DNA of 64,000 nucleotides from Eledone cirrhosa (lineage: Eukaryota): assembly GCA_964016885.1 (NCBI GenBank), contig OZ024740.1:45198001-45262000 (forward strand), written 5' to 3'. A model generated the notes under the pieces. The model searched no databases. It saw only the letters and a list, made by a program, of their open reading frames with translations, and was not told the DNA's origin. Each line of letters begins with the position of its first letter. Within the stretch, counting starts at the first letter, position 1. The position numbers were made by a program, and so were the translations under genes. This document shows positions 27,167-39,359 of this stretch, piece after piece.

Positions 27167-27326
27167 GTGGCGGTTAAAACACCGGCCGCGCCCCGGGCCC
27201 CATGGCGAATTAAGCCACGCCGAGTATTTTCATTTACTGAAAGAAGGGGAAATTTATTTTTCCAAGCACTCCAGGTGAGCTCGTTCGCCAGGGAGCTGGT
27301 CGCGCCGCCATTAAAACCCAGCCAAC
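27167..27326 (-). ncRNA. Unassigned structured RNA motif, copy C
   Basis: Core 27222-27271; stems tggcgaa/ttcgcca, gctcc/ggggc. Confidence 0.6.
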
Positions 27327-27670
27327 AGTCCGACAGAAAGTTGGAACTTTAAAATTTTGCTTAGAGAAGTAAAAGAGTAATGGTTGATAGCTACAAGAAG
27401 GAAGATAGAAAGAGAGAGGAAGGAAGGTCGATATTAATGTCACACCACAGTCGGGCTAGGAGTGGCGCGACAAAATTTTCACAGGGACTCGCATCTTAGC
27501 AGAGGTGAATATATTGGGGGTCAGTGTGTTACAATGTTTAGACTTATAGGATGAAGTTAAAAAATTAATAAATTAATAATCAATATTCCATATTAAAAAA
27601 TTTAAAGCTCAACAGTTTCAGGTTGATATATCTAATAGTTCCGATTTGTTCTGTAATTTAAAGGTACTAT

Positions 27671-27830
27671 TTGGCGGTTAAAACACCGGCCGCGCCCCGG
27701 GCCCCATGGCGAATTAAGCCACGCCGAGTATTTTCATTTACCGAAAGAAGGGGAAATTTATTTTTCCAAGCACTCCAGGTGAGCCCGTTCGCCAGGGAGC
27801 TGGTCGCGCCGCCGCTAAAACCCACCCAAC
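27671..27830 (-). ncRNA. Unassigned structured RNA motif, copy D (tandem duplicate of C)
   Basis: Core 27726-27775; 504 bp from copy C. Confidence 0.6.
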
Positions 27831-28691
27831 GGTCCGACAGAAAGTTGGAACTTTAGAATTTTGCTTAACTCTATCGGATGAAGTTGAAAGAATTCAGAAT
27901 AACATTATAAAACTAAGGAGTAAGAGGATTGAGAATTGAACAAACAGAAAATTGAAGATTAAACATTCAAATAACTTCTATGAGGTTTTGGGTTGCGGGG
28001 TTTAATTAAATAGTCTTTTATGAAGAAACGTTAATTGTATTATGTAGATCTGTAATTTATCCTAGTGGGATGTAGAGTACGGGATATAGTCGTGTAATGT
28101 TTAATTTTTGTTCTCAGGAGGAGACATTCTAGTGTCGTGTGCTAATGGGTACAGGTCCCAATGTGAGGAGTAGAAATACATGGATACATAGAAGTGGAAT
28201 ACGTGGAAGAGCACATTGGTACAGCAGAGGTATAAATATATAAACATATCAATATATAGGTATAAACATGTAAATAAACCAACAAGAGTGGTGTTGGAGT
28301 AAGATGGAGAAATCAGGACATAGGAGAATTACAATATAGTTCAGGTTGCAGTATTTATGTTCCCGGGGGGGGGCAATCCTGTGTCGTGTGCTAAGGGTGC
28401 ACGCGAGTAAAAGTCCGAATAAGGGGAGTAAAAAGTACATGGATGTATAGAGGTAGAGTACGTGGAAAGACATTAATACAGCAAACAAAGATGTGAAGAT
28501 ATAGATAAACAAACAATAGTCGTTGTCTAGTAAATGTAGAGTTCAAGACACAGGAGAAATACAATATAGTTCAGGTTGCGGTATTTATGTTCCCAGGGGG
28601 AAATATTCCAGTGACGTGTGCTGAGGGTACACGCGAGTAAAAGTCCGAATAAGGGGAGTAAAAAGTACATGGATGTATAGAGGTAGAGTAC

Positions 28692-29232
<541 letters not shown>

Positions 29233-29337
29233 GAAAAATTGAACAGGGACAGAACAGAGAGGCAGTACAATAAATGTTTATTAAATTCACGCTCAGTATT
29301 GTTGCTATGAAATACCGATGTATACATGAATGTATGT

Positions 29338-29702
29338 ATAGTATATTTGGCAATATACCGTATGTTTAATTTAAAACATTTAGAAGATCATTCGCTATCA
29401 GTTTTAAAGTAGTGACTATGTCATATATTTATTTTCGGCAAAGGTAGAGAGAGGGGCTGACGCTCTGTTTCTCTCTGTTTGGTGTTTATCAAAACCACGC
29501 ACTCTTCTGCCTTTGCCGAAAATTATAGAAGCTGGATTCTTGTTGTTTTGATAAACCCCAAACAGCGAGAAAAAGACTGTCAGCCTCTCTCCCTTCCTTT
29601 CCCGAAAATAAGTAAGTGACATAGTCACTACTTTAAAACTGATAGTGAATTGTCTTCTAAATGTTTTTAATTAAAAATACGGTATATTGCCAAATATACT
29701 AT
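29338..29702. mobile_element. Fold-back MITE-like element (whole element is an imperfect palindrome)
   Basis: atagtatatttggcaatataccgtat / atacggtatattgccaaatatactat; ctatcagttttaaagtagtgactatgtca / tgacatagtcactactttaaaactgatag. Confidence 0.8.
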
Positions 29703-29826
29703 TTAGGGTCGACTTGTCAATCTTCTGACCCTTTGGTAACATCCTTATTATTCCTATGTGGGTTTAACTGTTGAATTAATTTAATTTGATTATTTTAGCA
29801 AACATATAATATATATATATATATAT

Positions 29827-30067
29827 GTGTAAAAGGTAAACTGAAATAACAACACAATCGGTATAGTATATGGAAGCGATATATTAGGTTAACGCTTGAT
29901 ATGGCAGGAAAAGGGTCTTAACATTTCGGACGCTAGCCCTTCATCAGAAGAAAGAATGAGAAATAAGATAGATTGAGGGGACATGCGGGTTGGAATTGGA
30001 AAAAATGTCTTTAGATAAGAATAACAGGTCAATTCATGTTGACATCTCTTGCAAAACTGTTGGTGCT

Positions 30068-30070
<3 letters not shown>
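29827..30070 (-). mobile_element. Short PLE pseudo-LTR-like insert between (TA)n tracts
   Basis: Contains a minimal hammerhead; (TA)n on both sides. Confidence 0.6.
29916..29952 (-). ncRNA. Minimal type I hammerhead ribozyme, possibly decayed
   Basis: Minus strand: ttctt-CTGATGA-a-gggc-tagc-gtcc-GAAA-tgt-TA-aga; stem III aatgtt may derive from palindromic aacgtt. Confidence 0.65.
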
Positions 30071-30128
<58 letters not shown>

Positions 30129-30379
30129 TAATGCCAATCATTGTAAGTTTGAATCTGACATGCAAACGCATATATATATGAATAAAGTAAGCCCAAATCA
30201 TAGTAGATTCAAATATCACAGAGAGAAAGATGGGAGAAATATGGTGCAACAGAAATGAAACATGGATTATAGGTTAAATATAGTCTAGATAGATGTGAAA
30301 CAAAACGAGGATGTAGTTTATAGAACACCCACATGATTTAGATGTCGATCTTTAGTAGGAGCAATAATATTAAGAAAGA

Positions 30380-30755
30380 CATGAACGACACCACAACACT
30401 TTGTTTAGAAAATTTTGAAAGTAGGTTTATAAGTATGAATTTTCATAAGATTTTTGTAGTTGTCTCTGTGGCCTAGCGGTAGATACTAGAGACGGTGAAG
30501 ATCCTGTCCTTGAGTTCAATCCTGGTCCAGTGGTACATGTAACATTTTTCACTTTTATTTTACAATCCATAGAAAAAAACTGAAAAGGGCTACCGGGAAC
30601 CCTACTCCCAACCAGGATCGAAATTCAGACCAGGATCACCACCGTCTATGATTCCTCCAACTAGGCCACCGAGACAACTACAAAAGTATAATCAAAATTG
30701 ATAATTATAAACCTACTTTCAAAATCAAAGTTAAAAAGATGTGGTGTCGTTCATG
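30380..30755. mobile_element. Fold-back element with a tRNA-like head in each arm
   Basis: catgaacgacaccaca/tgtggtgtcgttcatg; ttttgaaagtaggtttataa/ttataaacctactttcaaaa; A/B-box-like motifs in both arms. Confidence 0.7.
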
Positions 30756-31015
30756 GATTTCCTAGAGCTATAGTAATATTTAGGATTGACTTCTGGTCAT
30801 TATTGAAAGTCTCTGGATTTCGCAAAATACTTAATATTTTTTATTGGAGAAAGTAAGATATTTTTCCACAAAAATGTGATCACACTGTTTTGTTTCCACT
30901 TATGTATTTCGAAAATGTTATTTATTCATTATAAAAATTAAATGATAGCATTCTATATGTAGGTGGGCCCCCTTCATCTCCTGGCAACCAATATTTTGGA
31001 CCCAGTTCGCCACTG

Positions 31016-31047
<32 letters not shown>

Positions 31048-31130
31048 TGTATGTATGTATGTATGTGTATGTATGTATGTATGTATGCATGTATGTATGT
31101 ATGTATATTTTTGTATGTATGTATGTATAT

Positions 31131-34100
31131 TTTTTTGACCGGTCACCTTCCTGGTGGCAAGGTTGTAAAAGAAAAGAAATTGTCATCTCTTGAATCGCAA
31201 GAATGTTTTGCAAATTTTGAAGGTGCCAGCTATCGCAGCCATTTGTAGACTATGAATTGGGGAGCTGCGCTCTTTGTCCGCAAATCCAAGTTCAGTCATA
31301 CTTTGGTCCAAGCGGGTTGGTATATAACCCGTAGCTCCAATAATGATGAGTATGAAGCTAAAGGTGTATCTTGGATACTGGATTTGTAAACTCCTCATCA
31401 ATGGTCCGTAGATGTCCTCCTTCTCCTGTATTTTTCTGACAACGTTTACATCAAGTGGGCAGCTGATCTCCACAACAGAACACGTTTTCAATGTGTGGTC
31501 CAAAACAACAATATCAGGCCGGTTGTGCTTTAATTTAGTAGCAGTTTTCAGGTTCTACCAGTATTCCTTAGTGCCATCTGTCTCAATATATTCTTCCTCG
31601 TTTGTTGTTAATTTTGTTTTCCGAAGTGCGTTCCAGATGGTTCTAGCTATCCCATCGTGTCTCATGGGGAGGTAGTAGCGAGATGACATTCTTTCGCAGC
31701 TGGCAACAATGTGGCTTACATCCTCTATCTTTGTTTTACATAGCCTACATTTATTGTCAGCTGATGGCCCTCCCCTTTTGTGCAGCAGATATTTGGTAGG
31801 GAGTTCTTGTTCCTGTATTGCATAGAGATATCCCTCAAGGTGTGATGTCATAAACTTGTCGGAACTCCATGCCAGGCTTTTTGAGTGGTTTATCCTCTCT
31901 ATGGTCTGTGTTTTACGTCTCAAGTATCCATGCACAACTTTTTCTGTAAATTGGTCAATTTTTTCATCTTGTTTGAACATTGGATAGGATCTTCCAATTT
32001 CTCTGGGTGAGAGATTTATATCAGGCTTTATTCCATATCTCTCCTCCAGATCAGTGGCTCTTCTAATGGTATATTTTTTTTCATGCTCATAAACTTGGGC
32101 AAGATGGTTGCCAACCTTTTTCCTCTGTTGAAGGTATTGCTTCAGTGTTACTATCCGGGTCTCATATGATGTTAATATGGATTTTAGACCCCGGCCACCT
32201 TCCTTGCATGAGAAGTATAGCCTATCCACATCACCATTGATGTTAAAGTTCCCAGTAACACTGAGAATTTTGCGAGTTCTAACATCCATCTCACTTAGTT
32301 CTTGCAATGACCAGTTCAGCAGGCCAAATGTTGGCGTTAGGATTGGCACGGCATAAGTATTGTGGGCAATGTATTTGTTGTACGCTGACAGTTCTGATGA
32401 CCATATTTTCTTTACTCTTCTGAGGTATTCAGTTCTGGTTCTCTCCTTATTTATGGGTCCATCATATCTGACATTCTCATCCTGTCCAAGATATCTGTAG
32501 TTGTCATCTGACTGTAGAGGTTGTATTGTCAGGCCGTTCATCTCTAGATTTCTAGAGGAGGGCACAGCTCTTCCACGTTTTACTGCCAAATATGCACACT
32601 TGGACTCACCAAATTTCATTTTGATGTTTGTTGAAAATTGTGTAATGAGGTCCAATTGTTTCTTGATGTCATTGATATTTGGCCCATACAACTTCAGGTC
32701 ATCAACAAAGAAAAGATGGGAGATACTTCTGGACCCACTTCTTTGTCCACCTTGTTTCCTGAGTAGGTAAGATAGTGGATTTAGTGAGAGAACGAAGAGT
32801 AGCACTGACAAGCCATCACCCTGAAAGATGCCCTTCTGGTAATGTATCTTATCAGTCTTAACTTGCTCCTTCTCACCTCTAAGGATAAAATTGGTGTACC
32901 AGTTCTTGGTCAGACGTTCAACAGCAGCTACCAGTGGTTGTGGGACTTTGGCTAACTGTAAAGCCTTAACAATCCACCCATGAGGTATACTATCAAATGC
33001 TTTTTGATAGTCCAGCCACACCACAGTCATGTTTCTGCAATTCTTTGTTGTTTTTTCTTGAATCATTTTATTAGTTAGTAGGTGATCTATGCAACCCCAC
33101 ACCTCCCTCTTTCCACCAGCTTGCTCAGGTGTTATGATGTTGTTGGTAGCGCAGTGATCCTGTAAGAACAGGTTAAGGCACCCAGTATATAATTTCTACA
33201 TGATGTTTTGGCAGGCTATTGGGCGGTAATTTTTAGCAAGGGTGGTTTGGCTATTTTGGGGGAATGAGGAGAGTAGTGGCAGTTGATAACCATCTGGACA
33301 GTTATTGTGTGCCTTTAATGGTTTCTGTAAACAGCCGTATGAGATCTTGCCGATAGAAAGTGAAATTCTTCAACCAGTATCCTGTAATGAGGTCTGGGCC
33401 TGGTGATTTCCTATTCGACATTTTCTGTAGAGCTGTTTCCAGTATTGACCCATCTATGTCATATTGTTTTGTCTGTACATGTTGGCAGTAGTCCTGTTCC
33501 AGTTCTTTTAGCCAATTAGTTTGTCTGTTGAATCCGTCATCCGTTTCCCATACAGGTCTCCAGTAGCTCTCAACCTGTTCTTTTGAAGGGGTGTCATTGA
33601 GCTTTTGCCACCAAAGCTGCGATAAACTGATTTAGGATCTCTGGCAAACAATCTATTTAGCACTTGTCGTTTATGTGCTGTTGACTTATATTTTAGTCTT
33701 TCTGTTGTAGCTATGAGTTTTTGTTTCAACTGGTGTAATTTGGAGTTCAAAGTTTTAAATTTTGTATCTCCAAATCGTCTCTCTAACTTTTTTTTTAGGT
33801 CTTCCTGGTGTCGTGTGAAGTTGCTCTCTGTGTTGCATTTCATAACGACTGCGATGTGTGAGATACTTCGTCTCAGGGATAAAATTTTGCTTTTTAAATT
33901 TCGCATCCACGCTGGTTCAGGCTTTCTGTTTGTATCTTGATTGCGTGGTTTTAGATGTTTGTTATAGGATAGCAATGTGACAGCTGAAACATATAACAAA
34001 ATATTAAGCGTTTCAAATGTCGTTTCTACACCTTTAGATCGTATAGCCTTCAGATAATTGTCAGCTATTTCGTTCACCGCTTCCAATTCCAATTTAATGG

Positions 34101-34700
34101 TTCTTTACTGATTCTGGTGTTGTATGGTCTTTTACTCACATTAAGGTTGTGTATCTCTTGAAACATATCGTCCCATATCACTTGTAAGGTGTCCACAAGT
34201 TTTTGGTGTTCTATTTGTACAGTAGAGTCATGAATTTCTGCCTCGTTGTTGATGTGGTGACAATTACTACTGGAGTTAGCTGACCATTCTCGCTGTTCTT
34301 CAGTGGAAGTGGGATGAATTTCAGCAAAATTGTTGGTGAGCTGTTCACTGTTATATTTAGCTGGCCATTCTTTTTGTCTGTCAGTGGAGGTGGGGTGGTT
34401 GTCTACAAGGGCTGTATTTGTAGTATCACTCAATTCCGTTAGATGTATCAATTTACATCTAATGATACGTTTTGCCTGTTCATTTAAATGCTTTGGAGAA
34501 AAGTCTAATTCTGTGTGTTTGGAGTTCCATAAAGTTTTTAGCCTTTGCATAAAACCGAACTTTTGGGGTTCAGATTGTTTGTATGCTTCATATAATTCTT
34601 TGTTAAGCTCGTAGCTCCACTGTATACAACGGTTGTAGTTACGATTTGGTCGAAGGAGACTTGTACGTTTTGCTATGATGAGTTCGTCTATTCACTAATA
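31131..34700 (-). mobile_element. Near full-length decayed R4/Dong-clade non-LTR retrotransposon (RT plus restriction-like endonuclease)
   Basis: N-terminal QWSYELNKELY..GFMQRL..W; RT WLDYQKAFDS, GIFQGDGLS, HLFFVDDLKLY, YRYLG, GGRGL; CCHC CRLC..H..C; RHD, VEISCP; frameshifts; 3' end abuts (CATA)n. Confidence 0.88.
31555..33102 (-). pseudogene. Largest intact segment of the R4-type RT/Zn-knuckle ORF
   Basis: 515-aa ORF with RT motifs; neighbouring segments 31183-31503, 33508-34092 and 34074-34550 are separated by frameshifts or stops. Confidence 0.88.
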
Positions 34701-35337
34701 TTTTGTATCTATTTTTTTAAATAGTCGATGATCTTCTTTAAAAGTTTCGACAAAGTTCTGTCAGAATCAAATTTAAAGTTATTCACAGCTTGGGTAATAT
34801 TTCTTTTCAGTTAGTTTTTAATTCTACAACTGTGTTTTAAACGTTGTTCTTGAATCGTTTGAATCGAGAACAAAAAAAAAAAAACGTTACTTAGTATATT
34901 TCTTTATGAATGTAATATAATATAGCAACGCTGTATTTATATGTTAAAGTTTATGTATCATTCATATAAATAGGTGTTCTACAACTTATTCACAACAAAT
35001 TCACAGTTCAAACACTTATGTTTTTGTTTCTGAATCGAAAACGTTACTTGCATATTTCTTTATAAATGCAATATAACAACGTTGCATTTATATGTTAAAG
35101 TGTATGTATCGTTCATATATCATAAGTGTATGTATCGTTCATATAAATAGGTGTTTTACAACACACTTACAGTTCAAACACTTATGTAGAATTATCGTAT
35201 GTAATCTTACCGCGTAATGTAGCTCAACTTTTTCCAATATATGGTATGTTGCCTTCATGTAAGCCGTAATTACACACGTCCGTTTATCGGACACTGACCA
35301 CAACGGTCGCCATTGTATATGTATGTATGTATGTATG

Positions 35338-35925
35338 TACTGGTAACATGTATTCCAGTACAACCTGTCCCATGGTCGGGTCGTTGGCGACTAAACTGGC
35401 AACACCACCAAGGTTTCTTGGTGAGGAGGGTGACTTTGGACATTCTGCAAGACTAAAAACAAAACCTGTAAAAGGGCAAAGGAGCTCTTAAGAGTCAATG
35501 GCCATCCAAAATCGCCGGGAGAGATGACCCCTTAGCCTTTGTCAAGGCAGAATTAGGAGAAGGAAAACTCTGATATAACACCTGCAACTCTGATGGTATC
35601 CAATGATGTTGACTTGTTCTTCTTTTTGGTAAATATCATCTTGGTTAAGAGAGTGGGACTGGCTTTGTGCAGTGCCTTTGCTCACTATAAAAGCTTCACG
35701 GCACAGGCATTGCTTTATATCTGGAGATCTCTCTGCACTTTTCATCACATGGTACCATGGGCCCAGCACTATGTGTCAATAATTGTCACAAGTGTAGTGT
35801 TTGTACCAGAGTTTTCAAGTCGCTGGCTGGACTAAAAAGTCACACTTGTTCAGCGCATCGGTAGGGGTTCTCCTACATGGATATAAAGTAGTGGCCGTAC
35901 TGGAAAACGAGTTGGCAGCCACCAT
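35338..35925 (+). mobile_element. Non-autonomous bipartite LINE derivative, second copy
   Basis: Reverse complement of 10675-11265; (TATG)n on both sides; HKCSVCTRVFKSLAGLKSHTCSAHR* at 35787-35864. Confidence 0.65.
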
Positions 35926-35958
35926 GTATGTATGTATGTATGTATGTATGTATGTATG

Positions 35959-36136
35959 TATATGTGAAAAAAGCAAAAGAATGACTTCACTCGTAGTTCT
36001 AAACAAATTAATTTTATGATGTTATAATTTTACAATTTTGTTTTGTAGATCCTCAAAACAAAATAAAAAATTATAATATTATAAAATTAAATTTAGGACT
36101 ACAAGTGAAGTGATTCTTTTCCTTTTTTCAAATATA
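35959..36136. repeat. AT-rich fold-back / hairpin element
   Basis: tgaaaaaagcaaaagaatgacttcact / agtgaagtgattcttttccttttttca; inner ttttgttttg / caaaacaaaa around loop tagatcct. Confidence 0.8.
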
Positions 36137-36161
36137 CCTAACTGTACCAAGGGTTTCACAC

Positions 36162-36206
<45 letters not shown>

Positions 36207-36868
36207 CGTACCCTGCGAAATGGATTCAGTGAATCGGATGAGATATTTTCATTTTCTTCATTCGAGACATATTGTCAATGATACCCCAGTTTTATCTAGA
36301 AAATATCTACACCTGTTATAAAGATAATTAACTGAACGCCCCCTGCGCCTTTATCGCTGGTAAGCAGTGAGCTATTTTCATGGCATATGAAAATATTCTT
36401 CATATATTGTGTTTACTGTAAATCTTCATATTTGACACGGTGACATTTTGTACTGTAATTCTTGAATTGCTTCATATCATCTGTTTCTTTGTTATATGAT
36501 AATACAATATCTTGACTTACTAGATCACAAGAAACTATTTCAGCAGTAAACCTACGCAACAGATTTTTATTAAGTTTAATTTCACAAAAATAATAAATAT
36601 AATAATATGAATAAGAGCCAACGTGTCAATAGATAAGGGGTACATGGCAGGTATGTATAAAGTATGACGAATAATATTGGTAAAGTTTCACCATGTTGCA
36701 CCCTAAATCGATATTGGCAGTTTGTCAAATATGCTACAGAAATGTATTAAGTAATTTAGGAATGTGTTGAAAGTAATATATGAAATAAAAACGCATATTT
36801 CAAAGTCTGCAACTAACAGTAGACAAAAATCAGCTAAATTGTTTGCATATAAAACTAGTTTAATCATG

Positions 36869-37590
36869 AGGGCGGTGGATTGGCAGTATTGGTAGAGGGT
36901 CGGTCGCCATGCTTTGCAGCATAGAGTTACGACCCTTTGTTATCTGAGTTCAAATCCCACCGAGGTTATCTTTGCCTTTCATCCTTACGGGGTCGATAAA
37001 ATAAAGTAGCAGTCACGCACTGGGGTCGATTTAATCGACTTTCCCCTCCCCCAAAATTGTTGGCCTTGTGCTTATATAAGAAACCATTTATTAGGGCGGT
37101 AAAATGGCAGTATCGGTAGAGCGTCGGACAACATGTTTTGCGGCAAATAGTTAGGCCCTTCATGTCCTGAGTTCAAATACTGCTGAAGTTAGCTTTGCCT
37201 TTCATCCTCACATGGTTGATGAAATAAACGCACTGGGGTCGATATAATTTACATCCCCCCCCCTCCCTTCAACTTTCTGACCTTATGCCAAATGTAGAAA
37301 CAATTATTATATCTTTAAGTAATGGAACTGGATTGGCAGAGCCGTTAGAGCGTCGGACAAAATACTTTACGTCCTGAGTTCAAACCCCGCCGAGATCAAC
37401 TTTGCTTTTCATCCTTCACGGGTCAATAAAATAAAATACCATTGAAATACATGGGTTGTAACGGTCATCTTTCTCTCCCCCAGCCCAAATTACTGTCTTT
37501 GTGCCTAAATTATAAACTATTACATCTTTAAGTGGAATGGTAGAGTCGTTAAAGCGTCGTACAAATGCTTAGCAATATTTGTTCCGATTG
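36869..37590 (+). mobile_element. Head-to-tail cluster of three family 1 SINEs plus a partial head
   Basis: Starts at ~36869, 37094, 37328 and 37535; the three full copies have A/B boxes and the ttcatcct core. Confidence 0.85.
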
Positions 37591-38120
37591 AAGTACCTGT
37601 GTCGCTGTATGTTGCCTCCCAGATGAGGGCTTTACTACAGCGGAACGGGTAGATGGTGATGCCTCCTGACTATTTGCTGTCTCCTCGGTCTAACGCCACA
37701 GATTCGAGCTGTGATAGGAAGCTTAATGATCGTGTTGAGAGTGGCATGGTGTGGGGGGGGGGGGGGGGGGCAGCACTGAAGTGGCATTGGGTCTGCAGTG
37801 GTATTTGCGTTACCCGCAGACTCGGAGAAACACTGGTGTGTTGATAGTCGCTGTCCATTTGAGTACCTTGTAAGGCATTTAGTCAGGCACCACTAAGAGG
37901 AGGCGGATTGGAAACATGCAAGGCGGTACGAGTCAAGCAGGTGCTCAAAGTTGTCCGAAATTTTGTCGCACTAGATTGCATCCCATTTGCGTTGGGTAGA
38001 TTGGGTGCCCCCAGAATGGAGGCCAATTCGGCTCCAAGTCATGTAGGCCGCCTCAAGTTGCCTGACCGTAGTAGGCTTAGATGTTCTGTAGAGAACCTTG
38101 TAAATAAAGACGCAACATGA
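37590..38120 (-). mobile_element. CRE-like non-LTR retrotransposon RLE fragment
   Basis: Minus-strand peptides HHATLNTIIK, LDRGDSK*SGGITIYPF..KALIWEAT.SDT, resembling RH..LNDIIKR / DGKRPDG..WDAT.DT. Confidence 0.6.
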
Positions 38121-38849
38121 GGTCAACGACGAAAGATATGCAAAATAAAACTAGAGATCAGAAACCAAAGCTACCGTATCTAACAGGTAAAATGGTTTGT
38201 TGACACCCGGAATCAACGAACTGGACATTGCATGTTCCCCCAACACCACACCGGATGTAGACATCAAGATCTGTGAGATGAGATGCATGACTGTAACAGG
38301 AAGCACTGTGGAAATTATACAGGAAGAGGGACAGATATGTGTCAATTTGTTCGTCAGCTCATAAATGTTTAGAGTTGAGGAAGTTTGGACATGAAGATCG
38401 ATCGAATGGTAGGCGGAAAAATCGATGACTCTAGGATGAGAGCATAAACGGTATCCTATACGTCTAAATTTTGAATTATGCTATTTTATTGTTATTGACA
38501 TTTTAATAATAGAAAAGGATATTCTTTGTTCAGTGAAAATCGGACAGATAATTATTTTTTTCATATAATTGGAAAGAGTGTGTCCTATTTGTAAAGATTA
38601 TGTCAGGGTTTGTAAAAGTATTGTCTTCAACGCTGCTATTTGATCAAGCATATTGAATACTCCAAATCCAAATCCTTCTAACTCCTGTTGGAGGAACCCC
38701 TCCCTTGTTGACCTCCACCGCTTTCTGTTTTGTTTTGGTCATGTCTTCAGGGTTGTAGTTGTACTCACCACGCTTGACTATTTGTGGGTTGATGAAGCTA
38801 TTTAACCCATAGTTGGGGTGGATGGCTGTTGACTTTGAGGAGTTCATCT

Positions 38850-39020
38850 GCCCTTTAATGGCTCTTGTTTGTTTGTTTTTATGTCACTAGGGTTCTATTT
38901 ATCCTCCTCACCAGACCAGGGTCAGGTGGGGAAGCTAGTTTAGTCACCGACCACTCGACCACGAACCAGGTTATTCTGGGTTACATGATCCCTGTAGCAG
39001 ATAGAAGCCTGGCCTGACAT
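38850..39020 (-). mobile_element. Diverged 5'-end fragment related to 11130-11286
   Basis: atgtcagg..gctac..catgta.ccca..aacctg..ggtcg..gactaaact.gc..ccccacc..tggtgaggagga shared. Confidence 0.65.
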
Positions 39021-39359
39021 TGAATACTAACAACTCTTAATTTAGACATTTCGTGTGTGTTAGGTTTAGTAATTACTAAAATATAACTAACTTATTTAAT
39101 ATTTTTATTCTTACGAAAAGGTCATAGTAATGATTAAAATAACCTTGATTTATGTTCATTTATTTTTACTGTAAAGACGCCAAAATTGTTAACGTTAGAT
39201 CTATTTTACCTTTGTCAGGTTTTGTTTTTGTATTCACATAAAAATCATTTGGCCTTGGTTGACGAAAATACTGTAAAATATAAACATGTTTTATAATATT
39301 ACTTGTTACTGTGCCAATATATTTTTTACATTCTATGCTAAATTTACTTATATCTAATG

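Larger units (their letters stand above)
26216..28692 (-). mobile_element. Non-coding Penelope-like derivative between (TA)n tracts
   Basis: 3' hammerhead plus AATAAA; shares the structured motif and taggatgaa.. block with 23651-26098; internal ~505-bp and 230-bp tandem duplications; no credible ORF. Confidence 0.65.

Noticed and set aside
27167-27856. Duplicated 61-aa ORFs MAVKTPAAPRAPW..
   Set aside because: Non-ATG starts, they coincide with the GC-rich structured motif, and they are duplicated only because of the tandem repeat
36225-36292. Hammerhead-like cggatga..gaga..gtc next to (TA)n
   Set aside because: Two core mismatches and no convincing stem I or II
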